Part shown: positions 17,439 to 27,173 of the stretch, in pieces
Numbering within the stretch: position 1 is the stretch's first letter
How the letters are laid out: each line of letters begins with the position of its first letter
Made by a program: the position numbers and the translations under genes
Notes under the pieces: model-generated
Databases searched by the model: none
What the model was told of the DNA's origin: nothing
What the model saw: only the letters and a program-made list of their open reading frames with translations
Assembly (NCBI GenBank): GCA_023145485.1
Contig: JAGLDT010000127.1
Coordinates: forward strand, 1-28,833
Length of the DNA: 28,833 bases
Origin: Cocleimonas sp.
Lineage (GTDB): Bacteria > Pseudomonadota > Gammaproteobacteria > Thiotrichales > Thiotrichaceae
Direction: 5' to 3'

Positions 17439-18560
17439 ATGGCTCTCAACATTATACCAAGCTTTATCCCTAGTTGTGATATAAGCGCTGCATTACAAGA
17501 ACAAGTCCAATCATCGATTGATTTACATTCACCTTTGCTAATCCTTGGTGGTGGGAGTAAATCATTTTATGGACGACCTCCTGTGGAGACCTCGAATATA
17601 TTAGACTTGAAAGATCATATCGGCGTGATTGATTATGATCCAACGGAGTTGGCAATTACAGTGCGAGCAGGGACACGTTTACAAGATTTGGAGTTATTAT
17701 TAGCGAAACAACAACAAATCCTACCGTTTGAACCGCCTCTGTTTGATAAAAACAGTACCATTGGTGGTGTTGTTTCCTCTGGTATTTCTGGGCCTCGCCG
17801 CGCATTTAGTGGTTCTATTCGTGATGCGGTCTTGGGTGTGGAAATCATTAATGGAGAGGGTAAAATTGTCCATTTCGGCGGTCAAGTGATGAAAAATGTC
17901 GCGGGTTATGATATGTCGCGCTTAATGGTACGTTCAATGGGAACACTGGGTGTTATCTTGAGCGTTTCATTACGAGTATTACCAAAGCCCGCGAAAGAAA
18001 TAACGCTTGTTGTGATGGCAGACCAAGAGGAGTCACTGGCTTACTGTAAACGATGGCGCAGAGAGCACCTGCCTATATCGGCTACAACATGGTATCGGGG
18101 CACTGTTTATGTTCGTTTGTCAGGTACAGAAACTACTTTAGAAGCAGCGCAGCAGAAACTGTCAAAAGAGATTTCATTTGAACAACTTGAGGACGATGAG
18201 ACTTTTTGGCAATCAATACGTAATCAACAACATGCCTTTTTTAAAGAAATTAATAAACCCTTATGGCGTTTATCTCTACCTATTAATGCGCCTGTGATTG
18301 CTCGTTTTTCAGGTGATTTGCTAACGGAGTGGGGCGGTACGCAACGCTGGGTTAGTAATAATGCGCCCGCTAATATTGTTCGAGCAGTGGTTGAAAAGCA
18401 TGGCGGTTATGCTACCTTATTTGGTGGACAAAAATACTTACCTGAAGTCCCTCCTTTTCCTGTTTTGGCACCTGAATTACTTGAGTTACATAAACGCTTA
18501 AAACGTAAACTTGATCCGCACAATATTTTTAATCCTGGGCGTTTATACAGAGATCTTTGA
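17439..18560 (+). CDS. glcE: Glycolate oxidase subunit GlcE
   Basis: GGGSKSFYG, DYDPTELAITVRAGT, GGQVMKNVAGYD and EWGGTQRW. Confidence 0.95.
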   Translation: MALNIIPSFIPSCDISAALQEQVQSSIDLHSPLLILGGGSKSFYGRPPVETSNILDLKDHIGVIDYDPTELAITVRAGTRLQDLELLLAKQQQILPFEPPLFDKNSTIGGVVSSGISGPRRAFSGSIRDAVLGVEIINGEGKIVHFGGQVMKNVAGYDMSRLMVRSMGTLGVILSVSLRVLPKPAKEITLVVMADQEESLAYCKRWRREHLPISATTWYRGTVYVRLSGTETTLEAAQQKLSKEISFEQLEDDETFWQSIRNQQHAFFKEINKPLWRLSLPINAPVIARFSGDLLTEWGGTQRWVSNNAPANIVRAVVEKHGGYATLFGGQKYLPEVPPFPVLAPELLELHKRLKRKLDPHNIFNPGRLYRDL

Positions 18561-19768
18561 TGAGAACTGACTTATTAGATAGTATTAAATACACCTCAGA
18601 AGGACGTTTAGCGGATGATATATTGCGTAGCTGTGTGCATTGTGGATTTTGTAATGCGACTTGCCCGACCTATCAGTTATTAGGCGATGAAAATGAAGGG
18701 CCTCGTGGACGAATTTATTTAATTAAACAACTACTTGAAGGGGCTGAGGTGAGCTCTTCAACACGTGATCACCTAGATCGTTGTTTAATTTGTCGCAATT
18801 GTGAAACGACCTGCCCATCAGGGGTTAAATACAGTCAATTATTGGAAATCGGTAAGAAATTTATTGGAAAGACAGTAGATCGTTCTTTTAAAGAGCAGTT
18901 CGTGCGTGATGCTTTACTCAATACCTTGCCTTATCGTCGTCGTTTTAAATTATTTTTAACGGCTGGACGTTTCTTTTTGCCACTTGTTCCTCCCACATTG
19001 CGTAGCAAAATTCCTGCGAGAATGGTAGCAGGAAAATGGGCTAAAGGCTCGCATCAACGCCGTATGTTGATACTTGATGGCTGTGTTCAGCCGACACTAT
19101 CACCTGACATTAATAGTGCTACCTCCAGAGTGTTAGATAAACTAGGTATTACACTGGTTAATATAAAAAAAGCAGGTTGCTGTGGTGCAGTTAGTCAACA
19201 TTTAAATAGGGAAAAAGATGCACTTGCGATGATGAGGCGTAATATCAAAGCATGGTGGCCAGAAATAGAAGCAGGTGCAGAAGCGATTGTAACAACCGCT
19301 AGTGGTTGTGGGTTAATGATCAAAGAGTATGGGGATTATTTAAAGGATGATGAGCAATACGCTGAAAAAGCACGTCAAATTTCTGCGTTATGTAAAGATC
19401 TTTCAGAAGTGATTCTTGCAGAAGATTATGCCACTCTTCTAGCAAAAAAACCGAAAAAAATTAGCTGGCATCCTCCTTGTACTTTGCAACATGGGCAAAA
19501 AATAACAGGTGTGGTTGAAAAAATCTTAAAGGACTGTGGTTATCAGCTAAATCCAATTAAAGACTCGCATTTATGTTGTGGTTCAGCAGGGACGTATTCT
19601 ATTTTTCAGCCAGAATTAGCCACACAATTGGGGAATAATAAAGTGACACATCTTGAGGCTGATCAGCCTGAGTTAATTGTCACTGCCAATATCGGTTGCC
19701 AAACACATTTACAAGAACGTACAAAAACGTCCGTGAAGCACTGGGTTCATTTGTTATTGGAGTCATAA
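18560..19768 (+). CDS. glcF: Glycolate oxidase Fe-S subunit GlcF
   Basis: CVHCGFCNATCP and CLICRNCETTCP ferredoxin motifs; CCG domains. TGATG overlap with glcE places the start at ATG 18560. Confidence 0.96.
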   Translation: MRTDLLDSIKYTSEGRLADDILRSCVHCGFCNATCPTYQLLGDENEGPRGRIYLIKQLLEGAEVSSSTRDHLDRCLICRNCETTCPSGVKYSQLLEIGKKFIGKTVDRSFKEQFVRDALLNTLPYRRRFKLFLTAGRFFLPLVPPTLRSKIPARMVAGKWAKGSHQRRMLILDGCVQPTLSPDINSATSRVLDKLGITLVNIKKAGCCGAVSQHLNREKDALAMMRRNIKAWWPEIEAGAEAIVTTASGCGLMIKEYGDYLKDDEQYAEKARQISALCKDLSEVILAEDYATLLAKKPKKISWHPPCTLQHGQKITGVVEKILKDCGYQLNPIKDSHLCCGSAGTYSIFQPELATQLGNNKVTHLEADQPELIVTANIGCQTHLQERTKTSVKHWVHLLLES

Positions 19769-19771
19769 ATT

Positions 19772-20239
19772 ATGCAAAATATTAGTCGTGATATTGGTTC
19801 AAGTCTCGAAACACAAGTGCTTAATTATATTCCAATCAATACGAATCTTGCAACCTCAGGGCAACCAACACCTCTACAAATAGAAGCGATTGCAGCTGCA
19901 GGCTATGACTGTATTATTAATCTTGCAATGCATGATTCAACCGATGCATTATTTGAGGAAGGTGGTTTAGTTAGCGAGGTGGGAATGAATTATTTTCATA
20001 TTCCCGTCCCTTTTGATGCGCCAACAGTAAAGCATTTGACATTATTTCTCAATTTGATGAGGGCTTTAAAGGGGAAAAAAGTCTGGTTGCACTGTGCTTA
20101 TAACTGGCGCGCTTCTGCCTTTACTGGGCATTATCAACGCAAAGTATTAGGGGTGTTATCTGATGAGATAGAGATGATTGTATTGGAGCAATGGGAGCCA
20201 GATGAGGCTTGGTTGGCATTTTTTGATGTTGAAATTTAG
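19772..20239 (+). CDS. DUF442/PTP-like cysteine-loop protein (phosphatase or sulfurtransferase)
   Basis: TSGQPT, IINLA, HIPVPFDAPT and HCAYNWRAS (CX4R loop). 3 nt after the glcF stop. Confidence 0.8.
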   Translation: MQNISRDIGSSLETQVLNYIPINTNLATSGQPTPLQIEAIAAAGYDCIINLAMHDSTDALFEEGGLVSEVGMNYFHIPVPFDAPTVKHLTLFLNLMRALKGKKVWLHCAYNWRASAFTGHYQRKVLGVLSDEIEMIVLEQWEPDEAWLAFFDVEI

Positions 20240-20250
20240 AATGACGTTAA

Positions 20251-20408
20251 GGAATGAAAGTTCAATAACGTCCCAACTCTAACTTGCCTGTTTGTCTCAG
20301 CTTGAATGCTCTCAGGCCGTTGCGTAGAATGAGTCTGCGCCTACTGAGAAGATCGAATCTGAAAAAAACTCTGCGTTATCATTTGGGATGTTATTAAGTT
20401 CTCATTCC
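20251..20408. mobile_element. MITE/ERIC-like element, copy 2 (158 bp, most intact)
   Basis: Left end GGAATGAAAGTTCAATAACGTCCCAA matches the reverse complement of its right end at 21/26 positions. TAA on the left, TA on the right. Core shared with copy 1. Confidence 0.8.
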
Positions 20409-20481
20409 TAAGATTAACAACAGTCTCGAAAGTGTTATTGCTAGTCTTAGCCTAATCTTAGCGAAATAGGTTGAAAATATA

Positions 20482-20763
20482 TTAGTCGGTGCGACTAGTG
20501 ACTTCCAGTAAATGATAACCAAATTGTGTTTTAACAGGGCCTTGAACTTCATTGATGGGTGCGCTGAAGACCACTTTATCAAACTCAGGTACCATTTGAC
20601 CTGGACCAAACGAGCCTAAGTCGCCACCTTGAGCACTGGATGGACAACTGGAATTAGCTTTAGCCACGTCAGCAAAGTCTTTGCCATCCATAATCTGCTG
20701 TTTTAATTCATTACATTTTTCTTCGTTATCGACTAGTAAGTGGCGAGCTGTTGCTTGTGCCAT
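20482..20763 (-). CDS. ppiC: Parvulin-type peptidyl-prolyl isomerase
   Basis: ATARHLLV, SSCPS, GGDLGSFGPGQMVPEFD and TQFGYHL. Confidence 0.95.
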   Translation of the reverse strand: MAQATARHLLVDNEEKCNELKQQIMDGKDFADVAKANSSCPSSAQGGDLGSFGPGQMVPEFDKVVFSAPINEVQGPVKTQFGYHLLEVTSRTD

Positions 20764-20792
20764 TGTTTTTCTCCGTTCATTGAGGCGTGAGG

Positions 20793-20805
20793 ATTATAAT
20801 ACCAC
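20793..20805 (-). promoter_or_regulatory. Possible extended -10 promoter for ppiC
   Basis: Minus strand GTGGTATTATAAT about 30 nt upstream of the ATG; no clear -35. Confidence 0.35.
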
Positions 20806-20884
20806 TCTGCCTAAAGGGTGTGTTTTTAGCTTTTCTATTTTGTGGGTGTCGCTGATTTTATCAAGAGGTGAGGGTAAAATATTG

Positions 20885-21694
20885 CTAGATAAATAATTTT
20901 AAGGCTAAGGCAATAATAACAACAACAATGGCGGCGGTGAAATACTCTTCCATTGTCCATTCATCGGTTGGTGGTTTTGGTTTTTCTGGTGGTTTTAGCT
21001 CGCCACATGCTTGTTTAACATATTGATTCCGTATAGCATTAATATGCTCATGTATAGGATTTGCTTCCATGCCTTCAAATTCTACATGACCACCACGCAT
21101 TCTGATCAAAGGAATTAGCATATCAATATTTGCCCTTGCAAGTACTGCATTTTGCACTGCTGGTCGTATAAATTTTTCATGTAATTCACAATAATTTCGT
21201 GGTCCATCTTCGAGTATTTGAGCAAACTCAGCTGCTTCTTTGTCATTATCTTTTTCAGGTTTTAAATCCCCTTTTTTAATAGCATCATGTTTTTGGTTAT
21301 AGTTTAAATTAGTTTGAATGTCATAATGCAGACCTTTGTAAATGTCATTTCCAGCTTTTTGCATCAATTCACGATTTTGCCTTAAAAATTTATTAAGTTC
21401 ATTTGTATGAGCATCAGCATCCCTAATTGCTTTTGATCTAAGCCTAACTTCATAGGAAGCATCCTTTCGGTCTGTAAAATTCACCTCTACATCATGCTCA
21501 TTAAAAATACTATAAGACGGTTCAGTTTCTATAAAGGTATCGGCTAAATCTTTTTTTTCATCACCTGAGTCTTTGTTATCTTCTTTTTTTTCTTCTTTTG
21601 GGGGAGCTTCTTTTTTCTTGGGTTTTAATAAACCTATGGTATAAGAAAAAGGAGTCGCGGCGGTCGTTACAAGTGTTCTTAGGATGGTATTCAT
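20885..21694 (-). CDS. Hypothetical protein with a single C-terminal TM anchor
   Basis: 269 aa from ATG 21694, which overlaps the apaH stop (ATGA). K/E/D-rich N-terminal patch; ends AAIVVVIIALALKLFI-stop. Confidence 0.75.
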   Translation of the reverse strand: MNTILRTLVTTAATPFSYTIGLLKPKKKEAPPKEEKKEDNKDSGDEKKDLADTFIETEPSYSIFNEHDVEVNFTDRKDASYEVRLRSKAIRDADAHTNELNKFLRQNRELMQKAGNDIYKGLHYDIQTNLNYNQKHDAIKKGDLKPEKDNDKEAAEFAQILEDGPRNYCELHEKFIRPAVQNAVLARANIDMLIPLIRMRGGHVEFEGMEANPIHEHINAIRNQYVKQACGELKPPEKPKPPTDEWTMEEYFTAAIVVVIIALALKLFI

Positions 21695-22512
21695 GATGGG
21701 CATTCCACGGAGGTGGTTATTTCTTTATTTAATTGGAGTGCTGTGAGTCGATGATGCCAGACACAGCCTGTATCGAGGGCGATTACATTTTCATCTTGAT
21801 AAAAGCCAAGGCTTGACCAGTGCCCAAAAATGACTTTAAGCGGTAATGGTTTTCTAATGGGACACTGAAACCATGGTATTAAGTTGGGGGATTTGTCGTT
21901 AATCTCAAAGGGATTTTTTTTGAGATGAAAATCAAGGGCACCTTTTTGCTTACTATAGCGCATTCGCACAAAACTGTTCAATATATAACGGTGTCGTTCA
22001 TACGATTGCAGGTCATCGTTCCATTTTGTTGGTGTATTTCCATAGATTTCTTTTAACCAACGATCGGGTTGTTTGCCACGCAAGGGGATTTGTATCTCTT
22101 TAGCACATGCAATGGCTTTTTTTATTGTCCAAAAGGGCGAAATACCGGCATGTGCCATACAATAGCCACGTTTTTTATCAACATGCAAAAAAGGTCGATT
22201 GCGTAGCCAATTAATCAGCTCTTCCCTATCAGGGGCTGAAAAAATGGGCTTTAGCGTAGGGTTGGGTTTAAACAAACCATAATGACTAGCGATCAGTGAA
22301 ATATCATGATTTCCCAACACGCTAACAGCCGCCTTATCAAGATTTTTAATAAAACGTAAAACTTCCAGTGACTGTTTGCCACGGTTAACCAAGTCACCCG
22401 CTATCCATAAGGTATCTTTTTCTGGAGAGAACTGTATTTTATCAAGTAATCGTCTAAAAGGATCATAACATCCTTGAATGTCACCAATTGCGTATATTGC
22501 CATATCCTGCAT
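21691..22512 (-). CDS. apaH: Symmetrical bis(5'-nucleosyl)-tetraphosphatase
   Basis: AIGDIQGC, GDLVNRG, LGNHD, HAGI, FGHWSSLG and LDTGCVW. Start may be 22503. Confidence 0.95.
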   Translation of the reverse strand: MQDMAIYAIGDIQGCYDPFRRLLDKIQFSPEKDTLWIAGDLVNRGKQSLEVLRFIKNLDKAAVSVLGNHDISLIASHYGLFKPNPTLKPIFSAPDREELINWLRNRPFLHVDKKRGYCMAHAGISPFWTIKKAIACAKEIQIPLRGKQPDRWLKEIYGNTPTKWNDDLQSYERHRYILNSFVRMRYSKQKGALDFHLKKNPFEINDKSPNLIPWFQCPIRKPLPLKVIFGHWSSLGFYQDENVIALDTGCVWHHRLTALQLNKEITTSVECPS

Positions 22513-22667
22513 TTTACTACATTTAAGAACGATTATGTAATCACTTCAACACTCTTAATGGATAAAAACATTTTTATCTGCGATATGTTTTATGTATACT
22601 AAAAGGAATGTGTATATATAAAAAATAAGGCAATGGAGTCGAAATACACTAGTTCTAGGGGATTTTT

Positions 22668-24701
22668 ATGGCAGTCGCATTACCAAAATATGCGGTGGCA
22701 GCGGATGACGTTGCGACACAATTATATAATCAATTAAGCAGTGCTTTAGCAAATAGTTATAAAATTTATCAATATCTATCAGTTGATGACCTGCCATTAG
22801 GTAGTTTGTTTTATTTACAACAAGAGAAGCAGTCACTGTTTATTTTTGTTTGTCTGGGTAATTCGCCGCGTTTACCGCCCCTCAGTGCAAAAGACATTCT
22901 TTCTTACAAGAGTGAACCACTGAACAAACTCTTGCAGTTTCAAGAATCATTAGTTCCAGAAAAATTACGTATTCATAGTAATTTATTAGCCCCTTTTATT
23001 GTTATTTTACCCGATAGTCTTGAAGAAAAAACACAATTGAATTTAACATCAAGTGGGCTTTATATTTTTGGTCATGAAGCGCTGATGCCAGAATCTTTTC
23101 CTAATTTGGTGAGTAACCACATGGGTATGTCGATGTCAAATTATGCCTTTGATTATATGCGTTGTCGCTTTAGCCCTGAATCTGCGGTGTCGAAATTTCA
23201 CTCATTGCATCAACCTGATCAACATGTTTCATTAAAATTAGAACATTTTCTTCTTAGTGATGAACAAGAAATAGCACTCAAGCAGGATTTAGTCTTAAAA
23301 ACAGAAGAGGCTTCACCACATAACTATAATTTACGCTTGATTCATGGAGCAGCGGGGAGTGGAAAGTCATTGGTCTTATTGCATCGTGCAAAATTATTGC
23401 GCGATCTTTATCCAAATAAAAAAATACTTGTCTTAACAGATAATAAAGCGATTAATCATTGTCTGAAATCACGTTATGAGAGCCTTTTTAATAATCAAGA
23501 TAATGAGTGCTATCCTTTTATGGAATGGTGTCAACGCCAATGGAAATGGACGCATCGTTTTGTTCATGAGGATGAGGTGAAAGATGTGGTTGTGCAGATG
23601 TTGCAACGCCATTTACGGGGGACTATTTTTACGCGACATCTCTTTTTGCGCGAAATTAATTTTATTAAAGATCGTTTGATTTTTACAGAAAGTGATTATT
23701 TGAAAGTAGGTCGTTCAGGACAGGCGCATTCTTTAAATACAGAACTGCGAATACGCTTGTGGCGAGCAGTCTTAGATTTTGATGCAGAATTAAAAGAACG
23801 TCATGTGTTGCTCTGGGCTGATCTTCCACGTTTGCTTTGGCGTGATTTAGAGGAGGGTAAAATAAGTTTAGAAGAGTATGATCATGTCTTGGTTGATGAA
23901 GCGCAATATTTTGCACCGATCTGGTTTGAGTTGATAAAAAAGGCTCTTAAACCTCAGAGTGGGCAATTGTATATGGTTGCTGATCCTGATCAGGGGTTTC
24001 TTAATCGGAGTCTAAGTTGGAAAGAAACGGGGATTGATTTACGTAATCGCACTATCCGTTTGCAGAGTAATTATCGTTCTAATCCATTGATTTTAAAAGT
24101 TGCAGATGAATATCGTTTAAATCGTATTCCAGATGAAGCGGATCATATGTTAGCTATTAGGTCATGTGTAGACTTTCCTCAAGAAGATTGTATTGCACCG
24201 ACACTCCTGCATTTTAACCATCAAGATGACGAGAGAAATCGCCTTCTTAGTGAAGTACATAAATTATTACAACAAGGCACCGCGCCGCAGGATATTCTTA
24301 TTCTTGATGCAGCTACTTTTAGTGTGCGTTCTCTACTGCAAACAATTAAAAATACTCTGAATCAATCCGCTTGTATTTTGACAGATCCTTATTGGAATGA
24401 AGAAGCATTACGACTTTGTGAGTTAGAGACGGCAACAGGTCTTGAAAGTCCTATTGTCTTTATTACAGGTTTGCAGACACTCTTTGAGAGAGAAAAACGG
24501 GCGGGTATTGGTGATCGTGAACGGCAAGCTTTGATGATAGAAAACACTCGTAAACTCTATATGGGAATGACACGTGCCAGTAATCAACTCATTTTATTGT
24601 TGACATCAGACACTATTCCTAAATCTTTGTGTATTAAGGAAATGGATATACCGACGACATCTTCAACAGAATTAGCAACAGTATGTTATTTACACGCGTA
24701 G
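22668..24701 (+). CDS. Superfamily 1 (UvrD/Rep-like) helicase with an N-terminal degenerate NERD-like region
   Basis: Walker A HGAAGSGKS, Walker B VLVDEAQ, ADPDQ, LQSNYRS, GLESPIVF and LYMGMTRA. Confidence 0.8.
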   Translation: MAVALPKYAVAADDVATQLYNQLSSALANSYKIYQYLSVDDLPLGSLFYLQQEKQSLFIFVCLGNSPRLPPLSAKDILSYKSEPLNKLLQFQESLVPEKLRIHSNLLAPFIVILPDSLEEKTQLNLTSSGLYIFGHEALMPESFPNLVSNHMGMSMSNYAFDYMRCRFSPESAVSKFHSLHQPDQHVSLKLEHFLLSDEQEIALKQDLVLKTEEASPHNYNLRLIHGAAGSGKSLVLLHRAKLLRDLYPNKKILVLTDNKAINHCLKSRYESLFNNQDNECYPFMEWCQRQWKWTHRFVHEDEVKDVVVQMLQRHLRGTIFTRHLFLREINFIKDRLIFTESDYLKVGRSGQAHSLNTELRIRLWRAVLDFDAELKERHVLLWADLPRLLWRDLEEGKISLEEYDHVLVDEAQYFAPIWFELIKKALKPQSGQLYMVADPDQGFLNRSLSWKETGIDLRNRTIRLQSNYRSNPLILKVADEYRLNRIPDEADHMLAIRSCVDFPQEDCIAPTLLHFNHQDDERNRLLSEVHKLLQQGTAPQDILILDAATFSVRSLLQTIKNTLNQSACILTDPYWNEEALRLCELETATGLESPIVFITGLQTLFEREKRAGIGDRERQALMIENTRKLYMGMTRASNQLILLLTSDTIPKSLCIKEMDIPTTSSTELATVCYLHA

Positions 24702-24740
24702 TTTAATTAGGAGTGTATATAAAATAGCCTAATTACCTTC

Positions 24741-25141
<401 letters not shown>

Positions 25142-25152
25142 GGAAATCCCCC

Positions 25153-26439
25153 ATGAAACTCCTTTTTATAATCGCCAGTCTTGTCTTGCTCCCCCTCACA
25201 GCACAAGCAGAGGATGTCCTCAACGGTGCGAATACCGCTTGGATACTCACTTCAACAGCCCTTGTTTTATTTATGACTTTACCAGGTTTAGCGCTCTTTT
25301 ATGGCGGTCTAGTTCGTAGTCGTAATGTACTTTCTATCTTAATGCAATGTTTTGCCATTGCAGCAATTGCCTCAATACTCTGGTTTGTTGTTGGTTACAG
25401 TATTGCCTTTGGTACAACAGGTAATGATTTTTGGGGTGGTTTAGATAAAGCCATGTTTAGCGGTATTACTAAAGACTCTTTAGTCGGTGATATTCCAGAA
25501 ACACTGTTTGCTTTATTTCAAATGACCTTTGTGATTATTACACCTGCTTTAATTATTGGTGGCTTTGCTGAACGGATTAAATTTTCAGCCGTGTTATTAT
25601 TCTCCGCTTTTTGGATAGTATTAGTCTACGCACCCATTACTCATTGGGTATGGGGTGGTGGCTGGTTACAAAAAATGGGTTTACTTGATTTCGCAGGTGG
25701 AACTGTAGTGCATATTACCTGTGGCGTTGGCGCACTTGTTGGGGCAATCATGATTGGTCCCCGCAAACATTTTAGTCGAACGATGCCACATAATTTAACC
25801 ATGACGGTCACCGGTGCAGGTATGTTATGGGTAGGTTGGTTTGGTTTTAATGGGGGGAGTGCATTAGCTGCCAATGGTGATGCTGCAATGGCAATGCTAG
25901 TTACCCATATTTCAGCGGCAACGGGTGCGATGACTTGGATGATTTATGAGTGGATTAAATTTGGTAAGCCAACCGCATTAGGAACGGTTACTGGTATGGT
26001 GGCAGGTCTTGGAACGATCACGCCTGCTTCTGGGTTTGTAGGCCCAGGTGGTGCACTGATTATTGGTTTGCTAGCGGGCATTATCTGTTTCAATATGACC
26101 ATCTTTATAAAGCAAAAACTAAAAATTGATGATGCTTTAGATGTATTCCCAGTACATGGGGTTGGTGGTATTTTAGGTACGCTATTAGTTAGTGTCTTTG
26201 CTTCAACACAGTTAGGTTTATTCAGTGGTAGTGGTTTTGCGGAAGGGATTAGTAGCATAGGAGAGCAGTTCCAAGTACAACTTATTGGTGTCAGTGCTAC
26301 TTTTGCTTATACTGCCGTGGTTTCTTATTTATTATTTAAACTCGTTGGTTTAATGGTTGGTGGTTTGCGTGTAACACCTGATGAAGAAGCGCAAGGTCTC
26401 GATATTATTGACCATGAAGAACGTGGTTATGTTTTGTAA
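25153..26439 (+). CDS. amtB: Ammonium transporter AmtB
   Basis: Signal peptide, FALFQMTF, DFAGGTVVH, WFGFNGGS, IDDALDVFPVHG and GLD..DHEERGY. Confidence 0.97.
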   Translation: MKLLFIIASLVLLPLTAQAEDVLNGANTAWILTSTALVLFMTLPGLALFYGGLVRSRNVLSILMQCFAIAAIASILWFVVGYSIAFGTTGNDFWGGLDKAMFSGITKDSLVGDIPETLFALFQMTFVIITPALIIGGFAERIKFSAVLLFSAFWIVLVYAPITHWVWGGGWLQKMGLLDFAGGTVVHITCGVGALVGAIMIGPRKHFSRTMPHNLTMTVTGAGMLWVGWFGFNGGSALAANGDAAMAMLVTHISAATGAMTWMIYEWIKFGKPTALGTVTGMVAGLGTITPASGFVGPGGALIIGLLAGIICFNMTIFIKQKLKIDDALDVFPVHGVGGILGTLLVSVFASTQLGLFSGSGFAEGISSIGEQFQVQLIGVSATFAYTAVVSYLLFKLVGLMVGGLRVTPDEEAQGLDIIDHEERGYVL

Positions 26440-26449
26440 TTGAAATGTA

Positions 26450-27094
26450 TTGCAAATGAATGTAAATGAAATAAATGATGAACGCTGGTTACAGGGATTA
26501 GCAGTATTAAATTGCGGTGTGGATGATGAGCAATTGCATAAACTAAAGCAATATGTGGCATTACTGCATCGCTGGAATAAAACCTATAACCTTACAGCAA
26601 TACGTGATCCACAACAGATGGTTCCTCTGCATATTTTTGATAGTCTTGCTGTGGCATCTTATATATCAGGAAAAAACTGTCTAGATGTTGGAAGTGGTGG
26701 TGGTTTGCCTGGTATTCCATTGGCTATTATGCAACCTAAACGAATCTTTACTTTATTAGATACAAATGGCAAAAAAACACGTTTTATGCAACAAGTGGCG
26801 ATTGAATTAGAGTTAAATAATCTTGTTGTTGTCCATGCGAGGGTCGAAAAGTGGTCATCTGAGTCTAAATTTGACACTATTATCAGTCGAGCATTTGCTT
26901 CTATTGTCGATTTTACTCATTATTCTTCGCACCATTTATCTAAAAATGGACAAATGTTAGCAATGAAGGGGCGTTTTCCTCAAGATGAACTTGCCTCCCT
27001 GCCAAATGGATTCATTGTAGAATACTCAAAGACTTTGGTGATACCTGAGGTTTCAGGAAGCCGATGTATTATTAAGATGATAAAGAAAACTTAG
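26450..27094 (+). CDS. rsmG: 16S rRNA m7G527 methyltransferase
   Basis: RWNKTYNLTAIRD, H.FDSL, LDVGSGGGLPGIPLAI, ISRAFAS and AMKG. Confidence 0.95.
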   Translation: MQMNVNEINDERWLQGLAVLNCGVDDEQLHKLKQYVALLHRWNKTYNLTAIRDPQQMVPLHIFDSLAVASYISGKNCLDVGSGGGLPGIPLAIMQPKRIFTLLDTNGKKTRFMQQVAIELELNNLVVVHARVEKWSSESKFDTIISRAFASIVDFTHYSSHHLSKNGQMLAMKGRFPQDELASLPNGFIVEYSKTLVIPEVSGSRCIIKMIKKT

Positions 27095-27173
27095 TTTATC
27101 GATAGATAATATCGTTAGCACCATTTTTTTTCTATGGTAGGATGCGCGCTTCCTTGATCATAGAGAAAAGTGA

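Noticed and set aside
20407-20461. CTAAGATTA...TAATCTTAG inverted repeat beside element copy 2
   Set aside because: AT-rich 9-bp arms around a long loop with no U-tract; cannot be distinguished from chance.
20394-20896. Minus-strand ORFs 20394-20609 and 20681-20896
   Set aside because: Alternative frames overlapping ppiC and running into the repeat or intergenic DNA.
20482-22512. A parvulin (ppiC) near apaH echoing the surA...apaH operon
   Set aside because: ppiC is a standalone parvulin with its own likely promoter, not SurA; no evidence of homologous gene order.
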